A stretch of 64,000 nucleotides of DNA from Schmidtea polychroa (lineage: Eukaryota). The DNA lies in assembly GCA_044892525.1 (NCBI GenBank), contig JBJFYX010000274.1, positions 1 to 64,000 of the forward strand. Direction: 5' to 3'. The notes beneath the pieces are model-generated. The model did not search any database, was not told the DNA's origin, and was given only the letters and a program-made list of their open reading frames with translations. The position numbers and the translations under genes are program-made. Below are positions 48,701 to 61,420 of the stretch, piece by piece; position 1 is the first letter of the stretch; each line of letters begins with the position of its first letter.

Positions 48701-49583
48701 AGACCAAAAAAATAGACTTCCTTTTGAATTAATGAGAGCTGAGACAGTCGGCTAAATCATGGCAACGAATGTGTTAAAATAATTCAATTGAATTTATAAT
48801 TTTAAATGAATAAAAATAATATTTAAGTATACCTTTAAAAGCGGATTAGCTCCGTGATTGAGAAGCAGTTGTACCATTCGAGAATTTCCTTTGTTTGCTG
48901 CTAACATTAGAGCTGTTTTTCCAGCTTTATTTTGGATATCAAGTTCAACTTTATACTCTACTAAACACGCAAATAATCTGCAATTAATAAAAATTAGTCT
49001 AAAAAGATGAAAGAATGAACCCTTCTAAGTTGCGGATAGCACAAGCCATCAAAGGCGTATAATCATATCTATCTGGAATGTTCATATTTATCTTTCTAGT
49101 TTAAGATATCAGTAATTCATATCAAAAGTAGCAACTAACCCGGATTGTAATAATTTAAGTAAAAGCTGTTCATCATTCATAATAATAGCACGATGCAAAT
49201 CATCCCCTGTAACTGGTTCCTTAGGAAAATGAATGGATTTTTCATCTGAATATTCACCCCAACCATTTTTATTGCGTAGTCTGATTCGATAATTATATAC
49301 TGAATCTTGATCGAAATCTTCCACTTCGCAACTATCGGCGTAGCCCCTATTTTTATTTTAATCATATTTTTAAAAATAATACATATTACATGTACTTTAC
49401 GATCCAAGGCTCGTCGAAATTATTAATCTTCTTAAAAGAAATCTCAGCCAAACATTTCGCTTCTTCTTCCGATAATATTAATGTCAGCCTTTTATTAATA
49501 TCACTCCAACTAATACTTAGTATGTGATGGTTAATAATTTCAACAGTGGGAGCAGGAGTTTTTGGAGGAACTTGATGGAGCAA
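33827..49583 (-). CDS. FANK1: Fibronectin type III and ankyrin repeat domain protein 1; exons 49583-49390, 49346-49140, 49095-49021, 48977-48833, 34186-34051, 34008 (or 34005)-33827; last exon unresolved
   Basis: FN3 (SISWS...YNYRIRLRNKNGWGEYS) then ankyrin repeats. All junctions are GT-AG and phase-compatible, including K|DILGMSAL across the 14.6 kb intron. GCDVN...EWTPLIRL...GANINKQD matches the FANK1 repeat order. Confidence 0.88.
34919..35632. mobile_element. Shorter copy of the 26.2-28.2 kb Tc1-like foldback family
   Basis: TA-CACCTAATTCCGAAAT start, shared GGAACACACAAACTTACCTGTGTGT and AATATTTAAGAACTTGAATA blocks, degenerate right terminus. Confidence 0.7.
36522..36869. repeat. Perfect 348-bp palindrome centred on a (TA)n run
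   Basis: ~130-bp unique arms are exact reverse complements around ~85 bp of TA repeat. Confidence 0.93.
36900..39097 (-). mobile_element. Sola2-like (Cc8K15.2-like) DDE transposon, degenerate
   Basis: Motifs LYFDGK, VADTTNVRTG, SCQHHVLD, NARWNSRA, PRSNQCAERAIK across broken ORFs 38735-36960; candidate GAG terminus at 39097. Superfamily assignment is from recalled motifs. Confidence 0.7.
39100..42226 (-). mobile_element. hAT transposon 1 (ZMYM1-like, TTF Zn finger), near full length, two frame disruptions
   Basis: 17-bp TIR CAGT(G/A)GCGTATCTAGGG. ORFs 41891-40782, 40825-40379 and 40364-39366 give FCFCC, LALRG, IFDSTPD, QCYDNAA, CDNHSLNL, TRWSAR, CERSFSKLK. No TSD match. Confidence 0.93.
42251..45676 (+). 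mobile_element. hAT transposon 2 (ZMYM1-like), full length but disrupted
   Basis: TIR CAGGGCCGTG(T/C)CTG; exact 8-bp TSD AAAGTACG. ORFs 43130-45475 carry LAFRG, LDCTPD, QGYDNG, CNAHTLNL, TRWEAR, GERSFSKLK. Confidence 0.95.
45685..47518 (+). mobile_element. hAT transposon 3 (ZNF862/KIAA1586-like), 3' half
   Basis: VDESTD, FTSDGASVM, HCVAHR, VRWLSR, SSADAERGFS. The frame also runs through 42227-42250, so hAT2 inserted into it. Candidate end ...GCGCGCACTGCTG. Confidence 0.88.
47536..47664. other. Assembly gap (N run)
   Basis: N characters. Confidence 1.
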
Positions 49584-52500
49584 TAAATTTTAGGTTTCAA
49601 TTAATTAATTAATTTACTTTTTGTATTCGACATCAGTAAAGTAATTTGAATTTTCCTAACAATAATTAATTAAACAAATTATCCATTTCAAATGCATTTT
49701 CAAAAAATCTTTAAACTACTTTATACAACTATATAAATAAATACAACTATATAAATTAACTATATAACTAACTATACAACTATATAAATTAATTGTTCAG
49801 ATTGATAGAAAATTCAATAGATTTTTATATAATTAAATAGATATTTAAAATTAACAATTATAGTTGTATTATCTTTTGTCAAAATAGTTAATAATTATAT
49901 AAATTAATGTAGGGAGTTTCATAATTTTGGACGAAAATATTTTATTAAAATTTTGTTAATTATGCTTGTTCATAATAAATGAAAATCTAATATAGAGTTT
50001 CTCATTTATAAGTATAGCCTTTTCATTCCATAGAGTTAATATTTAATAATAAAAATTATTCATTAATAGCCTTTTTTTCATTATTTCACATAATTTATTT
50101 ATAATTATAGTTTAAATCAGTAATTCTTAACTAATTTACTACTGGTATCCATAAAATTTTCAAAGAATATCCCCGTATCTCTTACCCAAAATTATGAAAT
50201 TATATAATTATATAAATTATATGTGCATTATACTTATTTGGTTATTTATAGAAAATTTTAATTCTTATCTGAAATATAAATTACATAATCACATCATATA
50301 ATATCATGTTGTTGGTAACACTTGTCCACTCAGGCGCGTTTATACTGAAACCTTAAACTCAGAGCTCGGAATGAAACGGCAATAACATTTGATTTTCTTT
50401 GTAAACTTTTTGTGGTCCTGTGTAGTGGAATCTTCTTTCTATAAGATAATAAAAATTTTCCTTCAACATTCTCATCATTTATTCTCATCGCAATCAGCTT
50501 CACACTATCTTTGGGCACTCATCCGTTGACTCATGGTTCCCATATTATTCATACACCCGACTGATTTTATAGTTATGTCAAAGGTCTTCTTGAAGTTTAG
50601 AAGATCACAACATTCTCTGGATTGAAATGCCTTGGAATTGCAAAATGAATAATTCTTCATTTTATCCTAAATTTAATTCCTTTAATATTTAAATTAATAT
50701 CGAAGCTAAATATTAGAGTATTAGAGTAATAATTCTACCAAGCAAACTGATTTACGATTAATAACGAATTGGCATTAAAGTGAAACTCACCAATGTAGTA
50801 ACTGTGTAATATTTGATTTTAAGAACTCATTTTTTATCATAAACCTAATCTAATAAATTTTTGAACCAGCATTAACCCTTTCAATACTGTAGGGACATAT
50901 TGTCCCAGAAGATTTCTAATAATTACTAAAATAATTTAAATGCTTACAAATGCATTGGGATCAGGGATTTTAGTACTGTATTATATTAAATCAAATAGAT
51001 TAAATGCAACTTACAATGTTGTGGTAATGATAGTAATTACCAACAACATAGCTCATTGGTACTTAATTTTATCCTAGTTCTAATCTAATCTATGTTAAAT
51101 TAGTATGCTAATCATGCATTTAATTTAATCAACTAATTTACTGTAAATTATAGAATTGAAATGAAGATACAAAAGAAGATATCAAAAATATAGTTAAAAT
51201 TACCATGATGCATAGTATAATTATGCTCTCGGGTAAGGCAATTTGGCTTTCTGTTTTTATTAGCTAGTGGTAGGTTGTCTTGCATGATTGTGATTTTCCT
51301 GCTGAGACAAAGTTTATATAGTTTGTGGGTCACAAGTAATCCATGTTTGACCTTTTTTGTGTCGTTTCCGGTGCTAACAAAGATACAATTGCTTACTCTG
51401 TCATTCGATACCTCTGTACACTATAATTGTCGAGCCTTTGAGTGGGTTCGGGGACTGCGGATAGTAGGTCTATGCTGGACTTCAATCAGGTCAATTTGCT
51501 TTAAACGCTATTGATTCAAGCCCGTGAAATCAAGATAAATTAAAATCGTGACTTATATTATAATACTAAGTTCATAGAACCTTTATAATTAAACTAACAA
51601 AACACAATATGATCAAACAACTTTAATTTGACACATAGTTCATTAAGGAGGAGTCGGATTCGATTTATACCATGCATTGAGTATCCGGTTCAAGTGACCC
51701 AAGATTCGAGTGTCCTTCCACGCGTATCACCTAGCGCGCTCAACTTTTCCTGACCGCTTGCGCTTTTTTTGCTGGCCGGTAACCTGAACTAGACTAGCTT
51801 GGGCGGCTTGTAGACCTATAGTTTTTAATCATGACACAGGGTCGTTCAACATATGCTCGACCAGATATTTGTCAAAGAGAGCTCGATTTTGTTCCAGCAG
51901 TCAATGTTCCCACGAAAGCATTGGCACTTGATCTGGCGATTGTACTGAGATTGTTGATGAACTTGCATTTGGACATGTAGACTCCAGTATCATAAGATGT
52001 AAATGTATTGGTATCTTTATCTGGAATAACTTTGTTCAGGAACTCCTGAAAACGGGTGGGTCAGTCAGGTTCTCGTAACGAACTTTATCAGGAAAATCGC
52101 TAGAATCGGGAATTAGTATTCTTAGACATATTTCAAGCTCATCAACAAGAAGATCGCAGCTAGGAAAACAAAGGCTTCAACTTCTTGAATGTTTGGCATA
52201 TTTTCTTTATTGGTTATGATGAGAGTTAACGTTTGAGATGCCGAATGATGCATGGATTGCTTTATATCATTTGTTTTTTTTAATCCTTGTGTCATTTTCA
52301 TGCGCGGGGTTCTAGCCAGCGCTGCATCCGATTTAAGAAATTCATCATCGTTGTTGGGTCCACAACCCTCAATGACTATGTAGGTCTACTACCTAACATA
52401 CATCAAACTTATAATTCCTTTATCACTGGAGGTCTTACTGACTTCGTAGTCTTGTGCCAGGGAGTTCGTGTGTTAATTTTTCTCTGTGGTGGCCACCATA

Positions 52501-53540
52501 ACCATGTAGTTATGCCGGCGAAAATCAAAGCTAAATAATTAGGTTCGACGTTGCAACACCTTTTGCTGCAACGTCGACCGCAACACAACTCTAGGGCCTA
52601 TCGTACCGAGTTCAGTGCCGCCGGGAAAGTAGGTAAATTTTAATTAATCGACCTTTAGCAGTAAGATTATATACTTAAATTCACACATTCAAAATTTTCT
52701 ACTGCACAAATCACTAGGTGTTAACGCTCTCAGACTGAGTCGGCCGAAGGAGGTAAACAGTTAAATTTTGTTGACTCGATTTCAACACTATATCACTATT
52801 AATGTATCTGATTATTTCTAAACGAATTCCTCTTAAACTGTAAAGTCAAGATGAATCTAAAGATAGTAATAAAAAGTAATAAAAGACCAGATAATTATGG
52901 TCTTAGAAATTTCGGATTACCCACTTTCTCAACAATCACACCTACCAATTGTACCATCAATTCGATTTTCATACATAGAAATTTTTATATCTATAGAATC
53001 CGCTACATGCCAATTACCCTACAGCCGATAATAATAAGTAAAATACTTTTCATCATTATATATATGAATTTTATTTCTATCCACTTATGATATATAAATT
53101 TTAAATCTATATCTATGTTTCGTGGACAATTCTACCTTATTATATCCATAAGTCAATAATACTAAATAAAATACTTTTCATCATTATATACATAAATTTT
53201 ATTTTTATTTATTTATGATATACAAATTTTATATCTATAACTATGTTTCGTGCAAAATTCTACCTTATTGTATACTTATATAAATTGTAATTTAGACAAA
53301 TTCCCATGATCATTTAATTTGATGATGATAAAAACCTAACCTGCATGCATAAATTTTATTTATAAATTGTAATAGTATCCTTTTCCATTATCATTTTCAC
53401 GTTGGTTGAGCTTCTTACAAGTCATTAATCTTATTCATTAATAGTCCTACAGGTATAAAGATTGTTACATGTTAATAAAATTAGTTCTTTCGTCACCATC
53501 CCCACATTTACTATGTTCATTACTTATCGAATAAAAATAA

Positions 53541-54780
53541 TTGAATAAAAATAATGTTAATGAGTATATGATGTCGTTTGATGTATGTAGTTTATTTTCT
53601 AATGTTCCGTTGAAAGAAACAATCAATTTATGTTATGAATTATGGAATGAAAATATTAATGCGCATAATATGTGTGATGGAAGTGCATTTAGGAAGCTTT
53701 TAGAGTTTGCAACTTCCAAAGTTAATTTTCTTTTTAATAATGAATGGTATGAACAAATTGATGGAGTGGCTATGGGTTCGTCCTTAGCACCAACAATGGT
53801 GTCAATATTTTTGGCATGTTTAGAAAAGAAAATTGCTTCTTTTCAATATGAAAAACCAATTGTGTATAAAAGGTATGTTGATGATATTTTTCTGATATTT
53901 AAACATAAATAACATGTGGAACCTTTTTTGCATTACATGAATGGATTGCATAAGAACATTATATTCACGTGTGAAACTGAGAATGATTCATCCATAGCAT
54001 TTCTTGACTTGTTAATTAAACGTAAATATGAATAATATGAGACAGATATTTATAGAAACCAACAATACCGGCCTCTATACTACCCCAGAGAGTTTTTGTG
54101 AATTTAAATATAAAAGAAACATGGTGAAAGGATTGGTTTATCGATTATGGTGCTTATCTTCCACTTTTAAAAATTCAGTAAAAAGTGTAGATAAATTAGT
54201 TGAATTACTGGTGAAGAATGGCTACTCAAAATGGTTTTTATTGTTAACGTTGAAAGAGACTGTTGATAAATGTATGGATAATGCTAAGGATCGTAGTATG
54301 AATGAATGTAAATTGACTGACATGTCGAATGATGTAGTGAATATGAGTATTGATACTAACAAACAAGATGAGCCAAAATATACGATGGTATTGCTGTATT
54401 CTGAAGGATATAAAGATTTCAAAAGAAAGATGGGTAAACAGCTGGGTAAATTGAATTGTAGAATTGTTTCAAAATCGTGAAAGGTACGTAGTATGTTTGT
54501 TAGTAAATCTCAAACGCCGGTTGGATTGTGTTCGGATCTCGTTTATCAATTCATATGTAATAGGTGTAATGCCACATACATTTGAGAGACATCCCGTCAT
54601 CCCTGTACTCGAGTTGAAGAACACTGTAAGCCGAATGGAATGTCCAATATTAAGGTTCATCTGTATGAGAGAATTAGGAATGTCGGATTTTAAAATCTTA
54701 TCAAAAGATTTTGATAATTGTTTTGAGCGTGTGATATGTGAAGCATTATTGATAAGAACTTGAATGATGATAGACAATTT
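53541..54780 (+). mobile_element. Penelope-like retroelement, 5'-truncated and degenerate (RT plus GIY-YIG endonuclease)
   Basis: SFDVCSLFSNVP, QIDGVAMGSSLAP, YKRYVDDIF; then LVYQFICNRCNATYI*ETSR...RVEEH and EALLI. Confidence 0.92.
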
Positions 54781-55497
54781 CTGGAAATGTTTTGCATATA
54801 ATCTATATTTTGTAATTTTGTCATGTTACAGTTAAATTTCTCTCCATATTTTATTAAAATCTGTTGAAAAATATGATAAAAAAATGGTTACACTATTTTA
54901 GTATATTAAAAAAATAAAATCTTATTTACATTAAAAAATTACAATTTAGAGATATCAAATATATTTATTTTTTTCAATGCAAATAATTTATAAATATTAA
55001 TATGATTTAGAAAATCATTTAACAATAGCATCAAAACATCTGCCACTCAATTGCCAATAAAGCGTTTCTGTAATAATTGACTCGACAATTTAATTATTAT
55101 AATTATTATGAAAAATCAACAATTTGTGACGCCTTTCGTCTAATTAAAATTATTAAATAATTAACTAAATAATTAACTAATTTAATTTGTGCTGCTACCC
55201 AAAAGTAACTTCAATATTTAATATATGATGCCACCAAAAAACCAAATATAAAAATATAATCATTTACACAAAATAAATCAATGAAATAAGTATCATATTC
55301 AACTTTCCATATGCTATTCACTCATATACTTCCCCGAAAGATTGATTTTTCGAACTTTAAAATTAATTAATTTTTTTCAAAAGTTGTTTACATTTTGCAC
55401 TTAAATTTTTGTACTTGATATTAATTCTGATTTAAGTGATCAGGATATTAAAGTTTAGTGAATATTTGTTTAAATATTGAATATTTAAATTTTTTAC

Positions 55498-57683
55498 ATG
55501 AATAAGGTCATGAGTAAACCATTGAAGTCTTCTCGACAAAAAGAAAAGAAATTAAGTAAAAAAATTAAAAATCTTACTAAAGAAGGACTTTTAGAAGAAG
55601 GAATTAATTATTTCGATTCGAATTTAATGACTGGAAGTGATGTTGCAGAGAATAAAGGTTTAATCTATTTTCATTATCTTAATTAAATTTCAACACATTT
55701 AGAAAATGAAAATTTAAATGTATCTATGGATGTAGAAAACTGTGATATTATTAATACTGACGTCAATAAAGAAGAAACAGCCTGTACAAAATCTGTGAAT
55801 GGTATGCAAAATTTATGTTAAATTTTAATATAATTATTATTATAGAGAGTTCAAAATATAATGTCGTTATTTTAAATTTACCACTTGATGCCAGTACTGA
55901 AGAATTGAATAATTTTTTGTCAAAGCGAGGCATTCCAGTAAATGCATTTAGCATAGAAAACGGTAAATATGCCGTTATTGAGTCAAGCGATATCAATTCA
56001 CACGAGAAAATCAAAAACAGTCTTACCAAGAAATCGTTAGTAAATTCTGAAAACATGATTGTTTCGAAATTGTCGGGAAATTCTCAAAAATTAGAGACAT
56101 TGTGCCAAAGTAATGCCATACTCAACAGATCCATAATAACTGTCAAGAATGTTAACAGTAAAACCGTTATTGTAATTATTATTATTTAAAATGAAATTGT
56201 TAATTATATTATCAATGCTGGTTCGACGAAATCATATTAATAATTTCAAAAAATAATATTTCTCTAAATTCTATTTACGTGTATGTTATCATGCCTTTAT
56301 TCATGATCACTTCACTTTTTTAATTCAAATTATTGAAACTCCTGTTATGCACAAAATTTAAATCTAGGCTTGTTTATATTTTATATTATTTACAAAAAAT
56401 CATTAATTATTTGATTTTAAAAATAGGATGATATTTTATGTTTAATACCAAGTGATTTTGAAATAAAAAGTCACCAGGGGCCCAAGAAGCATATGGCAGT
56501 GATAGAATTTATTAATCCATTGAATACAGATGCTGTCATAGACAAATTGAACAGTACCATTCTCCATGGTAATAAACTAGTTGCGGATTTTAAGCATAAA
56601 TTAGGTAGATCTCTATATTTTGCTAAATCTAACCTCTTAATCCCGGTTTGCAGTGAAGGAAAGCAATGCTGAGAAAATGTTTACCCTTCGAATAGGAAAT
56701 CTTTCTGAAGCAACAAGTTATGAAACCATAAAAAATTTGGAATTAAATAGTTCAAAAATGCATTTGTCCAAAAAGTTTGGAAAGCGAAATTGTTTTCTAA
56801 CTTTCAAGTCCAACGAAGACTTAACGGATGCATATCAAACGCTTTTGAATAAAGAAATCGACGGCACCAAAATAACAGTGAAACTCGTTGAATTTAAAAC
56901 CGACATCGTATCGGAAGAGGATTTTGATTTGACGAAATTGCATATCACAAATCTGCCGTTTACTTGTACAAAAGAGGAATTGGAAAAAGAATTTGAAATG
57001 GCGAAGTCTTTAAAATTTCCGTTGACTAATAGTGGAAAAAGCAAAGGGTATAAGATGAGATATAAGATGATCATATTGATAATGTAAAATATCTAGATGT
57101 TGCTATTTGTCATTCGATTCCAAAGAATTGGCGGGATTAGCGATGGAAGGGTTTAAGGATAAAATAATCAATGGAAGAAAGATCAGGTGCCAATATATGA
57201 AAAAAAATCAAGACTTGGTGGTAAAAAAACAAAAACCGAAAAAAGAAAGAGAGCCAAAGAAAAAACTGGAAGGAAATGTCGTCACTTTGTTCAATCTTCC
57301 GAAATCTGTCACAGTTGATGAAATCAAAGCCAAATTCGATCATGTCAAATTTGTTCATATTATCAAGAAAGATAATATTTTCAAAGGGTATGTAACAAAG
57401 ATTTTCATGATGATTGTATAAAGGGAATTGTTTAGAATTGCAGAGGTACATTTTATTAAAGCGGATTTTGCTAAAGCTGCAATCGACGCTCCCGGGTTTA
57501 AAATGAGTGGCAGAGAAATTAGAAAGGAATTAAAAGGTGGCAAATGGAGAGATCGCGTGGTAACGAATACGAAATTTGTAAGATGATATTTGATTATTAA
57601 TTTGATTTATATATATATCTTCATTTCTTTAGAAGCCAAAAGATAAGGAAGACATATCTGAAGTTGAAGATAGTGATGAATAA
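55498..57683 (+). CDS. Multi-RRM (about five RRMs) nucleolin-like RNA-binding protein, 8 exons
   Basis: Phase-compatible short GT-AG introns join VVILNLP, VKNVNSKTVI|DDIL, LRIGNLS...NCFLTF, LHITNLPF...KG|CCYLSF and VTLFNLP...KG|IAEVHF; basic N-terminus, acidic C-terminus; stop at 57681-57683. Confidence 0.8.
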
Positions 57684-60600
57684 ATTTTTCTGAATTTTAT
57701 TGATTCTTTATTTTGTATATTAAATTTCTGTAGAGAAACTTTGAATTTAAATATTTTAAATCTAATGATTACACAATACTTTTGTTTAAATGAAGTTGCC
57801 TCCATTTTTGTTAACGTTCGATTATCGTTGCTATCGATCATCCGTTGCTAGGGAATGTTGTGACTGCTAAATAGATGACTTTCAACAAATTTTCTTCCAT
57901 AATATGAATCACTTCTTCATTACCATACCTTTTTAATTTACATATACTTAAAATTCCCTCCTTGCTAGATATTTTAAAGAGATGCAAACATAATAAAAGA
58001 AAACAACATTAGAATTTGGTACCAAGTATTTTTGCGACGTCACCGGATTCTTTACACCTTTCCAGGTTTATACTTTCCCAAGGAAGAAAGTACTTTTTTT
58101 AATTCACTTGAATGTTCTCGATTGCCTTCCTGTCATGTTTTTTTACGGAATTAACGACATGACCAGAATTTCGATTTGTTCATAACTGATATGATCTTGG
58201 AGAAGTTGGTTAGCCTTTTATTTCATTTCTTCAGGCCGAAATAAGGTGCTTTTGAGTTCTCTGTATCTGATTTTTAGTGCACGTCCATTTTGGTATGAAA
58301 CTGAAACATATATGTAAATCAGTGTAAAAAGTCGACATACATCAAAGTCGATTAACAAGTTTACTTGTATTGCAATTTCCATTCATTAAAATAAAAGCAA
58401 ATACATCTTTAATGAAAGTCAATCAAGCAAAAACGAAAATATTGAAACATAATTCTCATGATTACTAACTTTTTATCATAAGAAATATTCAACAAATAAA
58501 ATTATAAGTTACATATAAATCAACAAACTATTAAATTTTATCCAGTAATAAAATGTTGGCATAAAAATTCTTCAACATTTTCTAATACTTTTTAATCATT
58601 TTGTTTTTCCTTGTCACGAGGATTTTGCTTTTAAATTCACTTTTTTATTGTTTTTTATTTAAATTCATTTTGAAATGACGATTCATTAATTTTATGTTCT
58701 TGATATCCCTTTTATTTCTAATTATTTTTTTTGGTTTCTTTTAATTTAGGTTTTCAGAATTTTCGGATGTCAATTTTTTTATTTAATATGATATTTATAA
58801 TCTATCAACTTTTAAAACCAATTTCAAATCCACAACAATTGTCAAAACTGACTTGTTTTTCTGCCTGACAATGATGCATGGAATCAATAATTTTTTGAAT
58901 GAATTAATTAATTTTTAATTTGAAATTACATGATAAGCATATTTATTATATCACTAATTTCCCCCTAAAAATGTTGATTTATTAACCTGTAATTTAATTA
59001 ATTTCTATTGTATTTAATTTTTGATTAATTTGTGATATCTCTCATGTATCTTTTAATTTTAATTACTTTACTTTATTCACATTAAGTCTCTAAATTTCCC
59101 TGACTTCCGTTTTTTGTGAATTAAAAAGTTTATTTTTCAGTATTTTATAATTTTTCGAGTCAACTAGGTAAAAGTAGGTAAGAAAGTAATATCGTAATTG
59201 GTAAAATAATAAATATGCATTTGAATAACAACTATAAATAAATTATTTGTAAATTTTTATTCAAATTATTTAAACATGAAATTATTGGTAAAACAGTTCT
59301 AAGGAAAACAAAAATAATTCATTTGAAACTATTATAAATTACAAAACAAATATTTTCCTATTTCTAAACAAAAGTATTTACAATAAAATCAATAAATAAA
59401 ATTATGTTTTTTGTTTTAATCTTACTTCATTTTTTAGATTTCAAATGATCAATTACCGTGAAAATAAAGTAGACTGAGAAATCAAGTACAATAAGTCATA
59501 ACTAATTTACTAATATCATAACCAATTTTTCAATAGCTACTAATAACAAATAAAAGTTTTGCAATCAGATATTTAATGAAAAAAAAACTAATAATATAAA
59601 TAATAATTAATCATACAAAGTTACTCATGCGTTGACATTTAATGTTGCATGAATAACATTTGATATAGAAATTTTAAAGTGGTTAAAAAATAATTTTAAC
59701 AAAAACACAACATACGTGTAATAAAAATGAATGTAAACTTTCGATATGTGAAAATGTTGCATGGAATAATAGCATTTAAAATTTTTATTTTTTGAAGGAA
59801 CAATGACAAACATTACAATACCAAAAATTTTATTGAATTTAATTTAATACTCAATAGTTATCGAAAAAATAAAGAAAAAAATATTAAATGATGAAGATGA
59901 ATTAAATAGTTATTATGAACACCAAAAGTTCATTTAGATCTATAAATCTAAAAATACACAAATTTTTTCAATTCATAATTTGAAAAAATATTTCTGACAA
60001 ATTATGATTCATACATTGATTTACTTAGCAACCTGTATTGTAGACGTTATTATTCCATGCAAGCAGATGTACTGATTTCAGAGTCTATTAATGCATTATA
60101 AGCCTGTGCATATTTTTGTATTGGTAAGGACAAATAAAATGGGGTCTTATAGATATAGTGTATCATATAGTGGCAACTATTTTTATACCTGAAAATAGTC
60201 TCATCGACCTAGATATCAAAGACAGAAAAAGAAGTACTAATTTCATGAAGCCAGAGCTTAAATTTATGGATTTTTCTTTTTTAGACAAACATCTAACCAG
60301 TAATTTTAATGATGATGCCAAATATGAAGTCACCAGTAAGTTCTTTAGACGATTAGAAAAGCTTTATTATAAATAATAATGATTACACAAAAAATTATAT
60401 TTCTAGGTGTTTTATTTAGTTTTTACTTTTATCAGTAGATTCATTCATCTATTTGTTTACTCTTAATCTGTTCTTCCCTTTTGAACTTCATTTATCTTCA
60501 TTTAGATTCAGATTTAATGTTTTTTCGTACAACACAACTTTCTGACATCGAAACGAAATATGTTGATTTACATAGGATTGCCAATTTTATGCTTATGTTG

Positions 60601-61420
60601 ATCCTTATGTCGGTGGTGTTGACTGTCTTAAATTGGAACCTAGGTTCATGATGGTCACGTGTATAATATGTTTGATTTCTGATTAATATTGAAAATACAA
60701 GCCATACTGTAAATATATGAATTAATCCATTCGAATTCACCCGGAGCTCGAAGAATGATCTACAAACCTGGAGTTTACAAGTCAAAATGACCGCGTTGGC
60801 ATCTCCAGATCTATAATCGAAATCTAATTTAAGATAAATGATATTTGTTGATTATTCATCAATAAGAAGTTTTTGGTTTTATTTATATAAAATGAAATAA
60901 ATTTCGTGAAACTCATTGAATCATAATATTTTTTATAATATTACATAAATAATTGATTTCAGTATTTCTTTCAAATGAGTTTAAAAAAAAACAAATAACA
61001 AGTTTTTAATTATAACCCAAAATGAATTTGTCGGATAAATTTGAAAGAGTTTAAACGACGAGTATTTTTACATTTAAATTTCTATTTCAAATAAATTTAT
61101 TTGTCGTTTTTTAAAAATTAAGATTGTTTAAATAGGCATTTCCTATAGAGCAATGAAAAATCGGAAATTTTCATATACTCAGTTGAAAATGTTTCCTTAA
61201 ATTCCCGTACAATCACATTGATAAAAACAAAAATTTCATTCACTGCACTGATATAGATTGCTTGTTTTGATAACAATGAGTCTAATATTATAATAGTCAA
61301 AATAATTACACTTCATTATTAGAAATAGAGCTAAAATAAACGATTCAATAACTTTTGAAATTATTAAAATTTAATTTTTCTACTTACTGGCAAAACAGCC
61401 ATATTTTCTTCCTCGAAATA

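Noticed and set aside
50330-50560. Possible mariner transposase remnant
   Set aside because: Only vague motif similarity; no TIR or catalytic motif could be confirmed.
54760-54795. Hammerhead ribozyme at the Penelope 3' end (ATGATGA-TAGACAATTTCTG-GAAA)
   Set aside because: Core C3 and the G10.1-C11.1 pair are not conserved and stems I/III cannot be formed convincingly.
57800-61300. Exon-like pieces on both strands (e.g. DCQFYAYVDPYVGGVDCLKLEP, 60158-60376, YQNGRALKIRY)
   Set aside because: I could not join them into a stop-free, phase-consistent gene model; a gene or pseudogene may exist but is unsupported here.
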